Assembly (NCBI RefSeq): GCF_006345805.1
Contig: NC_043005.1
Location: 21,638,001-21,702,000 of the forward strand
From: Octopus sinensis
Lineage: Eukaryota
Direction of reading: 5' to 3'
DNA: 64,000 nt
Shown here: positions 11,664 through 24,200 of the stretch, in pieces
Numbering within the stretch: position 1 is the first letter of the stretch
How the letters are laid out: every line of letters begins with the position of its first letter
Notes under the pieces: generated by a model
The model's database searches: none
The model's input: only the letters and a program-made list of their open reading frames with translations
Told to the model about the DNA's origin: nothing
Made by a program: the position numbers and the translations under genes

Positions 11664-14600
11664 TTATTTTATAGAAGGAGCTTCTACAGGACTAGAACTG
11701 TTTCATTCAAATGAAATCATCAGGAAGCTTGGTGTCAAGAATAGTTTTGGCATTTATACATTTAGGCAGATTTAAGGGGGTGGTGGTGGGGGACTTTTTT
11801 GGGGTAGGCATGGCGCAAACTGTCTTTCTTAGGGGAGTGGTCAAAAGAATCAGTGATAAAGTAGATAAATAAATAAATAGAATAATAGAATAGAGTTTGA
11901 GGTAAATAAGAAGACTATTGCTTATATATATATATATACATACATATACACACACACATATATATACATATATATACATACATATACGTACACACACATA
12001 CACATACTCATACATACACCCAAACACATATATATATATACACACACATATATATATATATACAAATACACATACACATACATGCCAACATGCTAGCACA
12101 CGCACACATATATCTACACACATATATATAAAAGAATATACACACCCATACACACACACGCACATATATATACACATATATACACACACACATATATATA
12201 TATATATACATATATATACATATGTGTATACATGCACACATATACACACACATTTCCTCCCGTATTTTATTTTTATTTTTATTTTGACCTAGACCTACCA
12301 ACCAGGCACTGAAGTAGACCCTCCCCAGGGAGCTAGCCGGCCTAAATGAAAACCATTTATTGCCCCTCTCCCTTCCTTTCTATCTCTCTTCCCACGGATA
12401 TGAGCACAAACACTCACACACACACACACACTCACACGCACACTCATACACATACACAAACGCACATGTTCTATGTATACACTTACATATACACACACAA
12501 GTACACATATTCATACATACATAAGTGTACCCACTTTCACATAAACGTACACATAACTATGTACACACAGAACCACATATATAAATGTACTTCAGTACAC
12601 ATAAACACACATGAACATATATAGGACTGTTTCTTTAAAGACATTGGCAAGTTTATCTATAACCACAGGCACAAACACATTCCTGAAATAAGCAATTTTA
12701 GGAACTGTAAATACTGTTAGGGCATTCTCATACAACATTTGTTCATAAGTAACACTTTTCTGTATGTCTTCAATTACTTCTTTTGTGTGTGTGTGTGTGT
12801 GTAAGTAAAGAAATTCTTGTTATTTTCTTTTAAAGCTGAATGCCAGTTGTAGTAGTATTAGTAGTAGTAGCAGCAGCAGCAGGAATTTCAAAGTTTGTGA
12901 TGACAGTGTTAGTTCATATCACCAACCTCATCATCATCATCATTGTTCGACCGTGGTCGAGACAATGGAATTTACCATGCTACTCCAGACTTCACGGTCC
13001 ATCATGGCATTACAGAGGTCCTGTTGCTGGATTCCTGCATCCCTGGAGATTACATCAGGGTAGGAGAGTGTGCGCCCTCTGGTATTGCGAGTAGATGGCT
13101 TCCAGAGGAGAAGAGTAGAAATTGCCTCGTTTTCAGCTCTACAACAATGTCCAGCAAACTGGACTCTCCTACCTTTCATCAACCTCAGTTCTTTACTGGT
13201 ATTATATTGTAACTACACCAGAAGAATGAAAAGCAGTATTCCCCAACAGAGTTTGAACTTAGATTGTAAAGAGTTTAAACATGGAATGTAAATGGCTTTT
13301 GCACAGTATCTCATTATCTGTTGCTCTCTTCTGATATGCAAAATAACAGGATCAAATAATATAATTTTTCAGGCACACACACAAGTATCACAAGCTCTTG
13401 AATGTGCATAGTGTTAGAGTTTGTTACTCTTCCAGCATTGTATGTTACAATAGGAAATGCATACACATATTGAGCTTTTATTTGAGACACCTATTTGTAA
13501 CTGTTTAAATCCATCCACCTCTCTGAAGAGAGAATTCTACATAAGACCGTGGTATATAGAGCAACCTTCACTGCAACTGACGGTTTCTCATTGAATTACA
13601 TGAGACTTACAGCCAGTAACTTCATGGAAAATTTCACTCAACTTATACATTCCTTTAAGTTCATGTACAGGGATAAGTCCACCTTACTGTACTCTTTCAT
13701 TTGGAATCTACCCAGCATAATCTGAAGCTTTCTTAACAAATCATAATCTTTTCCTACCAGAGCATTTAATTGCAGTCTTTGTCTTTCTAATCCATAGAAG
13801 ATGAAAAACACATACATAATGTGTACATAGACAAGTGGAGGAGATAAATATGTGTGTGTATGATTGCATATGCATGTATTTATAGTTATGTATATTTTTG
13901 TGTATACATGTATATATTGTTTTTGAGACATTCCAATATGTTAAAACCTTGTTCTTCAACAAAAAATTTCAGTTCAAACATACCTACCTCTCTGCCTACA
14001 TACATGTAAATGTACATATATACATGGTTAATCCAAACAAGAAAGCACAAAAAAACACAACAACATGAGGACGTGGAACAAATATAGTATTATTGGATGC
14101 TCAGGAAAGAAGGAAAGAAGGAGGGTTTAACGTTTCAAGCGGAGCTCTTCGTCGGAAACATAGAAGAAGGAAAGATCCAGAGAAGGGAAGACAGAGGAAA
14201 AAAATCGCCAACGGTACACACGCGGTCGTTTATGTGTGTATTCAAAAGAACTGTGTAAGGCCAAATTGATTCACTGTTGCATGAGTGAATTCTTTAGCCA
14301 AAAATGAAACCACCAAGTTGGCAGAAAACTCTTGGCACTTTGCTTGCCTAAATGTTATGTACAATCTGTATATAAGGTGTCACAACAAATCATTGTAAGT
14401 CCAATTACATAGGTGACTAATGAACAACCAGCTGGGAAGAAGAGGATGTGGGCTTGTGCCAAACAAATTTTGATAAACACAATTGAGCTGTCCAAAGTAT
14501 GAAAACACAGTAGAATCCTTGTGGCTATATGGCTAAATTACAACATAAGTATAAATCTATATGTATTAATAGTTGTTTTTATGTTCAATTATAATAAAAC

Positions 14601-17600
14601 AATTTTACATTAATCTGAAGGGTTACTCTATACATTTGTATAGTACAAAATTATGATTCGCATGCAATAATATTGTTGACAGTAACTTTGAAGTTTTGGC
14701 CAGCTAAGCAGTCTAACAATGGTTTAGGAGACCAAAACTTCAAAGTTACTGTCAACAACATTCTTATATAAAAATTATGTGTGTGTGTGCGTGTGTGTGT
14801 TTGTCTCTTTGTTTACATCCCAGTAACATAGCAGTTTGGCAAAATAAACTGATAGAATAAATATGTTCAGATTCCAAATTCTGAACATATTTATTCCAAG
14901 GTCAGCTTTGCCTTTTGTCCTTTTGAGGTTGAGTATTGGGGCTGATGCAGTTGACTGGCCCTCTCCTCAAAATTTCAAGTTTTGTGCATATTGTAGAAAG
15001 GATTGGTGGTTAGTAAATGAAATCATCATTATTATTATGATTAAGGCAGTGAGCTGGCAGAATCACTGGCACACTGGACAAAATGCTTTGCGACATTTCG
15101 TCTATCTTTACCTTCTGAGTTCAAATTCTGCCACAGTCGACTTTGCCTTTCATCCTTTCAGGATCGATAAAACACTGGAATCAACTATTCCCTTCCCCCA
15201 GAATGTCAGGCCTTATGCCTATAATAGAAAGGATTATTATTATATGTTTGGCTTTTGCTTTGTATTTGTACAAGCGAATTCTAAGTCTCACCCAGAGATT
15301 TCAAGACAACAGGTTAGAAGTTCAAGTTGGTGTTAAAACTAGTATGCCATCTTTTTAGGTTCTGCACAGAGTATAGTTCTAAAGAATGTTTAAGACTTTT
15401 TCTTTTATATCTTTCAGGAAGATGGGTATCATTTTATGAAAATTTATTCAAATCCCTTTCAAATGGTACAAATTACGTTTATAAAGAAATTTGAGGTGGG
15501 TGGGATTTTCCCCATTTTTTAAAACCCACAGTCTTCGGAATGATGATGTTGGTGGTGGGGGGCATCTTTGAAAAAGCTTTTGAAAACTCATTTTTTTTTA
15601 CACCCCGCTCCGTCATCATCTCACTCCAGACCTATTTTGGCCAATTTTTTTTTTTGCACTTCAAAGCCATGGGAAGAACATTTTCAGTAAACATTTTTTT
15701 AAAAATTGTTAATAGGTTCAGAAGGAAAAGTGATTTAAGAGTGGTTTGGCTGTTGTTTCTAGTACATCCAAAGACAGCCCTCCTTGTTTCTTTATCACTC
15801 TCACATGTATTGATGTTTTTCAATATTCTTTCCCCATAAATACATTTATATGCTATAAAAAAAGAAAATTTGAGAAATTATGAATTTTTTGACACCCCCA
15901 CACCCTGCCCTTGATTGTTTCTGTTTAGAAATTAAAATATTGGAGAGTCTGAGGTCATTGCTGGCATTTATCCACACTGATTTAAAAAATTATGGTAATG
16001 TACTTGCATAGCAAGTTACTTGATCTGAGATTGTGTGCTGAAACAAAGTCAATTGTAGCCCTTTAAAATGGAAGATAAGAAAGTTCATTTTTGGCACTTG
16101 ATGCTATTCTTTTTCCATAAAGAGAAAAAGGCCTCACAAGCAACCAAAGAATTATGCGTAGTTTATGGTGATGTTTCTTTATCCAAAAGAACTGTACGAA
16201 AGTGGTTCGCAAGGTTCTGAACTGGAGATTGGAGCCTTATTGATAAAGAGCGATCAGGCAGACCATCCACTACAGATGATGACCAAGTCAAGTCATTAAT
16301 TGAGAATAACCCACATTGCTCAACCTGAGAATTGGCAGAAATCCTCAACCTATCAAAATCCGTCGTTCATGAGCACCTAGTAAAGCTTGGGTACCCAATC
16401 ACTACTTTGTTTGGGTACCACATGAGTTGAGTGAGAAGAACCTTTTGGATCACATTTCCATCTGTGATTCGCTTTATAAATGGAATGAAAATGCGCCTCT
16501 TTTAAAGCAAATTGTGACAGGTGATGAGAAATGGATTATCTACTGAAATGTTCAGAGAAAGCGATCCTAGAGAACGCAACATGAGCCATTCTTAGCCACT
16601 CTAAAAGTGAGTCTTCACCCTAAAAAAGTCTTGCTTTGTTTCTGGTGGAATTGGAAAGGAATTCTGTATTATGAGCTTCTCCCAAGTAACCAGACAATTA
16701 ATTCTAAGAAAACTGCAGACAACTTGACGAGTTAAAAGCAGCAATTCAAGAGAAACATCCAGAATTGACCACCAGAAAAGGTGTTGTTTTCCAATATGAT
16801 AATGCAAGACAGCACGTTTCTTTGGGAACCAGAGAAAAATTGCTGCAGCTCGGCTGGGATGTGTTACCCCATCCTCCATATTCACCAGATATTGCTCCTT
16901 CGGACTTCCACTTATTCAGGTCTCTGCGGAATAGTCTTAATGGTAAAAATTTCAATTCCTTGGATGATGTAAAAAGATACCTTGATGAATTCTTTGCCAT
17001 GGAACCATCTCAATTCTGGGAAGAGGGTATTTTCAAGTTAAAGGAAAGATAGAGATGCATTGTGCAACAAAATGGTTCATATTTGGTTGATTAAAAATGT
17101 AATGGCAAGTATTTATTGACCTTTTCCTTTCCTTTAAACATCTGGATTAACTTTTCAGACAACCCAATACATCCCTCTTCTGCTGGTGTGCTTTTCTTTA
17201 AGATTAAATGGTTTTAACAACACTTGACACATTGGCTAAACACCTGTTGATCAGCAATTAGACAATACTAAATTAATCCACGAGAAAAAGTTTATACAAA
17301 TGATACACAACTTAAATTTTGAAGGAAGCTTTCAAATGAGTCTGAAGATTTATTAAATCTCACATGAATTACAATTGTAATTTTGCAGATAAATTATTTG
17401 TTTATAATAAATTGTCCATTTAAAACAAATTATGCACCAAATGCTATATAATATTTAATGTGGTTGGGAGAATAAAATGTATTTCTTGTTTTCTTTCCTT
17501 TCTTTTCAAGCTGATGATGATATTTTAGAATTTAAAAGCACTTCCATACCAGGAGAAGATATATTTGAACAGCTAAAAGATGTGACTTTAAAGGAGTGTG

Positions 17601-17883
17601 ACCATGCTTGTCATCAAACTCCAGGATGTAACTCTTATGAGTATAAACAAAAAGCTAAATTCTGTGATCGAAGTAATGTGACTCACTTGACTCATGACCT
17701 TGAGCCCAACAAAAAGGGTTGGGATACTTACGTCATTAACCCAGGTCAGTAGAATGCTTCCATTTTATTTGATTTTATTATGCACATGCTTGCATGTATG
17801 TATGTGTTTGTGTGTATTTACATAATCATACATGTGTTTGTGCAATATATATTGATATATATATATATATGTACATATATATA

Positions 17884-17933
<50 letters not shown>

Positions 17934-18230
17934 ACTTACATTGAAAGTCAGCAAGCTTTAGAAGCGTTGAAATGTATTGAAAGATTCAGATAACGGAATA
18001 ATTTTTTTCTCAAACGCAGGATAATGCAATTATTTAGCATGAACAGGATAAACTATCCATATTTTTGAGAAAAATCTGTCTCATGGCTAGCCACCAACAA
18101 ATGTTTCTGCAAAATATAGATAGTTTATCCTGTTCATGGTATATTATTAGCATTATCCTGCATTTGAGAATGAAATTATTTCCTTATCTGTATCTTTCAA
18201 GATATATGTGTTTGTATGTATGTATGTATG

Positions 18231-18280
<50 letters not shown>

Positions 18281-21200
18281 TACATATATATTTACACCAA
18301 ATGATAAGAAAATTCTTTAACACATCTTTAATGGGCGATCAGTGTATTGTTTCTTGTCTTTCTTGAGTTTCACAGCCAAATGGCTGGGTGGATTTGTGAA
18401 AAATGGCACACATGTGGAGATGGGTGTATAGACTGGAATGCGGTTTGTATTTTTTTTCCTAGCCCCCATATTTACTGAGAAAATTGATTAAAACTTTTCT
18501 AATGGAATTCCTGTTTGTTCCGCCATTAAAACAACCAGTTGCTCATAGAGCCAGCATAAACCATTTTGCTAGCAACAAGGGGAGTACAGGATGACAGTCA
18601 GCCAAAACTTTCGCTATGATGTCTCTCTTCTGTCACCTCTCTGTGGGGTTAATAATCTTAATCTTTAGTTACAGTTTTTCATTCAAACTACATAATAGGC
18701 AGAATTGTCGGATTAAGACAGTAGAGTGTTTTGAGGGAGTTTTTGGCTACTATCTCTACCAGTTCTAGCTACCATGTAGAGGTCTGAACTGTCTAATCAT
18801 TAAAACATTGATTTAATTATGAACATTGAAAGAAATTATACATTAATCCCTGTTTTTTGTAAGCAGTTGTATTTGTAAAAAATTTTATTTGCAGAGAGCA
18901 GAAATTGAAAGAAGATATATGAAATGGACATGTGCGTGTGTGTGTGCACACATGCTTGCACGTGTGTATGTGAGAGAGAAAGTGAGTGAAGGTGTGTGTC
19001 GTGATGATTAACGTCTTTTAAGGTACACAAGCATACAAAAAAAATGTGAGGCCATCATATAAAATTTTTACGATAGTTGATTTATGGAAAAGATTATGTT
19101 AAATTTTTGAAATGCAAACCAAAAGCGATCACACCCACATCATCCAAACAGACCAGGTAAAACCGGGCTTAGCTGCTAGTATATATATATATATATATCA
19201 TCACCATCATCATCATCATTGTTTAATGTACACCTTCAATGCTGGCATGGGTTGGATGGTTTGACATGGGCTGTCTTGACAAGAGCCTGCACCAGACTCC
19301 TGTGACTGTTTTGGCATGGCTTTTACAGCTGGATGCCCTTCCAAATGCCAACTATTTTACAGTGTGGAATGGGTGCATTTTGCATGGCTCAAACACTTGC
19401 AGGATCACCAAGTAATTTGCAAGACAAAAATCCTTTTAGAGGAGAGGGGACATTGAAGGAAGTGATCTTGTGTCAGATGATGAAAGGTTCAAGTGAGATA
19501 GAGTGACAGAAACAGGTATGTTGCTATAGAGGAGGCTCATGGTAACCTGACCAGAGAGGGAGAGAGAAAGAGTGATCAAGAATGAGGACAGAAACAGGTG
19601 TGCTACTGAAAGGTGATACATGGCTATCCATCCTGAGGGAAGGGAAAGAGAGAGTAAGAGACAGCAAGAGTGCAAGAGAGAGCAGGAGAGGGATGGTGGC
19701 GAAGTGTTAGATCATACTCACAAATGGAGATCAGATTATAAATGGGATGGTAGGGTAAAGGAAGTGAGAGATATGTGTTTAGAGGGGTGAGGGACTATGG
19801 GATAGCAATGATACAGTGAGCAGGGCTGTGAGGACAGGATTGGGGAGTGTAGTTTGGTGTGTTGGAGTAGGGTGTGTGGATCGTTTTATCATTAAGTGTG
19901 AGTGGGAAACACAGCACTTCTAGAACTCAGTTTCACTGAATTGGGCATGTCTTCTCAAGAATCATATATCACCAGACATCTTGATCCATTGTAATTTCCT
20001 CTATGAGGCCCAAAAACCTGAGATTGGTCCTCACACTTCTTCCCATGTCTGCCTGGGTCTACCTTTTCCGCAGGCACGATCCACTTTTGGTGATCAGCTC
20101 TTCTTTATACGGTTATCTTCATTTATATTCATTACATGTCTAAACCAGTATAGTCATCTCTCTTGCATGCTGCACGCAATTCCTCTTATGCCCAACTTTG
20201 CTCTCAACACATTTGGACTTTGTCGTACATGCACATCCAACTGAGCATACGGCCTTCATTTCTTTCTGGTCTTTGCATGGCTTCTGCATTCAGAGCCCAT
20301 GTCTCACTACCTTGGAGTATAGCCATTCACACACAAGTATAATATAATCTACCTTTCCCTTGAAAAGAAAGTCCATTTGTTGCCAACAGAGGTAATAGCC
20401 GTCTGAACTCTCTCCATCCTCTTCTTACTTTGGAAACAATACTTTCAGATCCACCATTGCTAATTTGGTCACCTTGGTAACAGAAACTATTTACTACCTC
20501 AAGAGAGCCTCCTGGGCATTTGAGAGAGTCTAGTTCCTATGTGACCTTAGTGCTTATTCTTCTTGCACATCTGCCACAAACAAAGACAGCTTTATCTGAA
20601 CCACTACTTGTATGCTAAATTCATCACTGTATTAGTGGCTGACTTTCACGTTACTGACAGCACCATTGTACATGGATTGTACAGCTCTAACAAGTCATTC
20701 TTCTAATCTTAACTTCCTTAAAGACCACTAGATAACATAGGAGGGGAATCAGGTGAAAGCTTTCTCCAGGTCGATGCAAGCTATGTATAATGGCTTTTTT
20801 TGGCCATCTACTTTTCGTGCAATTATCTCATTAAAAAGACTCTTCCCAAGTACAAAACCAAACTGAATCTCATCGTAACAAAACTCCAGAAGATAACCAA
20901 AACTTTCAGATAGGGACTGTTGGAATCACAAAAGCACAGCACTCAAAATTACTAGAGAGCTTAATGACCACCTCAAGAATGCAGTTTCCACAAAAACTGT
21001 TTGCTGGGAGCTTCACAACGCCAGATTTCATGGGAGGGCTGCAATCAGAAAACCACCACTTTCAAAAACAAATGCTGCAAAGCATTTAGAGTAGAGTAAA
21101 AGCCTAGTGAATTGGTCCCTAGAGCAGTGGAAGAATGTTATTTTATCAGACAAATCATCCTTTACCCTATTTCCAACCACTGGCCAAGTATATGTGTGGA

Positions 21201-24200
21201 GAAAACCAAAAGAAGCATTTGATCCAGACTGCCTTCTTCCAACTGTTAAACATGGAGGAGGATCTGGGGTGGGGTGCGGGCTATATCTTGGAAATCCATC
21301 GGTCCAATGGTTTCTTTTCATAGCAGAATTAATAGTCAAGACTATTTACACATTTTATCTGATCAAATTCATCCTATGGTTGCAGAACTGTTTCCAGAGG
21401 GAAACACAATCTTTCAGGATGATAATATACCAATTCGCACAGCTAAAGTTGTTACTAAATGGCATGAGGAACATTCTAGTGAAGTTGAACTTCTTATCTG
21501 TCCACTATAGTCCCCAGATCTCAATATTTTTGAACATTTATGGTGCATTTTAGAACAATAAAGTAAGGAGTCAATATCCTTCACCATCATCACTACAAGA
21601 ACTGGAGACTGTTTTAGCTAATGAATGAACAAAAATTCCTTTGGAAACGATTCAAACTTTGTATGAGTCCATACCTCATAGAATTCAAGCAGTAAATACT
21701 GCCAAAGGTGGTCCTACCCCATATAAAAATAAATTTGTTTGAAATTTTAAGGTGTTTCCATTATTTTGTCCAACCCCTGTATATATAGTTTTATATATCT
21801 CTATATGTATTTGTATATGTACACACACAAACTAATAGTGAAAAAAGGGGAGTTAAGATGCAAATTGTTTTAATATTTCCATTGAGGATACAGCACTTAA
21901 TGTCCACTTTTCCATGCTAGAATTCAGACAGAATTTGTTGAGTTGAATTATCTATGGCTGGATGCCCTTACTATCACCAATCATATCCAGTTTCCAACTA
22001 AGTTAATATTTCCCATGACCAGATGGGTTTGCACAGAATATTGCAAACAAAGTACATGATGGTGACACTCATTTACAACTATCTCATGGAGTCAAAACAT
22101 GGAAGCATTAACACTCACACACACATACACACATGAAGGACTTCTTTCAGCTTCCATCTACCAAATTGACTCACATGCATTGATTGGCCCATGGCTGTAG
22201 TAGAAAACACTTACCTAAGGTGCCATGCAGTCAAACTGAACCCAAACATCTTATCACATGATCATGCCACCTTCTCCCCCTCTTTATCATCATCATCATT
22301 TAATACCCTCACTAGCATGGGTTGAACGGTTTGACTGAGAACTGGGCAGTTGGGGAGCTGCCTCAGGTTCCAATTTGATTTGGCATTGTTTGTATGGCTG
22401 GATACCAACCACTCCAAGCGTGTAGTGAGCAATTTTTACATGCCACTGGCATGGGTGCCAGTTATGTAACATCAGCATCAGCCATAGCTATGATCTCACT
22501 TGGCTTGACAGGTCTTCCCATGCACGGTATATCGCCAAAGGTCTTGGTCACTTGTCACTGCCTATGTGAGGCTCAATGTTCAAAAGGTGTTTCCTGCATG
22601 CCACCAGCATGGGTACCAGTCATATGGCTCTGGCATCAGTTATGACTACGATTTCACTTGGCTTGACAGATCTTCTCAAGCAGAGCATATCACCCAACAT
22701 TCAAAGGTTGCTTTCTACATGGAGCTATCATGAGCATTTGAAAGGCAGCAACTTTGAATAAGAACTGATTCAGGTTGATTCAACCTGTCCAGTTTGCACA
22801 TAAGCATATTATGGATTAAAAATTATGGTTTATAACTGTAACATTCTTCACTCAACTTTGTGTTTCATACAATACTATGTAGTATTCAGAAGCAAACTGT
22901 GCATTTACTATTCAATCAGGAGTACAAGGGAAATTACATGGATTACACAGTTCACTCTAATTATCTCTTGATTACCAGTCATCAATCTAGTGACCCAAGT
23001 TGTGTTATCACAGAATAATCAAAAGGGAATTTGCCTGGATTTCACTGTCACTATGCCTTTAAGTTGTGTGTGTGTTAGGTATGTATCTATACAGACATTG
23101 AGTAGGTATGTATGTTCTTGCACATATACTTATTTGTATGTATGTGTACATTTACAGGTATATGTACATATGTACAAGTGTAAATTTCTTCAGTTTCTTT
23201 CACCGAATGTCTCAACATCTTAAATTCTAAATATTTCATGTGTGTGTATGTGCAAGCACACATATGTATGCATATGTGTATCTTTGTATTTATATCTATG
23301 TGCAAATTACTGCAATTTCATTCACTAAAACCTTTCATTCTCCTCATTCTCACCTGCTTTATATCCTCATTTTCACCCTCTTCAATATACTCACAACTAA
23401 TATCAATTTCTCTTTTCAATTTCAGCTTATGCACGTATTGACTGTGGGCCTCCCAAAGATATTGTTGGTACATTAAAGTCCTACAAAACTACTGCCTATA
23501 AATCCGAAGTACTCTATACTTGCTCAAATGGAATACAACTAAAGTCAATATGTCAAAAGGACAACAAATGGACTCCAGTAGCATCTTCTTGTAAAGGTAA
23601 CATAAATAGCTTTCTCTTCTGTTGTCTCTGTTTAAGAAATTTTGTTAAATTTTTCCATTAAATGCCTTTGTCCCTTACTATTTCCACAGCATTTGCAGCT
23701 GGTGGGAGGGAGAAAGGAAGTTGTCTTCAGACCAGAGACTTCTTCATATGCTTGCAATGTAGAGGATTCCATTAATATTATTCAAGTGCCAGATAATGCT
23801 GTTAAATTTGGTGATGAATCAAGTTTCCTGACCAAGAAATTCTTTTCTACTCTAAGCACAAGGTCGGAAATTTTGGGGGAAGCAGCCAGTCGATTAGATC
23901 GACCCCAGTACACAACTGGTACTTAATTTATCAACCCCGTAAGGATGAAAGGTAAAGTCGACCGTGGCAGAATTTGAACTCAGAACGTAAAGACAGACGA
24001 AATACTGCTAAGCATTTCGCCCAGTGTGCTTAGCTTCCAAAAAGTTTCCATCCAGTAGTTTTCATTCACAAGAATTTGTTGTGAAGCAGATTTTTAACCA
24101 CACTCACAAAACTCTACCCATTTCTACACTGTTGCTAAGTAAACTTATTATCTCATTAGCTATACTTCACCTTATCTTGATACATTTTCTCTGAATTTCT

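Noticed and set aside
12300-12355. CTGAAGTAGACCCTCCCCAGGGAGCTAG, loosely hammerhead-like
   Set aside because: Core is not CUGANGA and no correctly placed GAAA or stems.
11707-12624. ORFs rich in Y/I/C/V/H/T
   Set aside because: (TA)n/(CA)n low-complexity sequence.
17745-17752. In-frame stops right after B/C exon donors (GGT CAG TAG/TAA) as a designed truncation signal
   Set aside because: Follows directly from the shared GTYAGTA donor sequence, and B2 lacks it.
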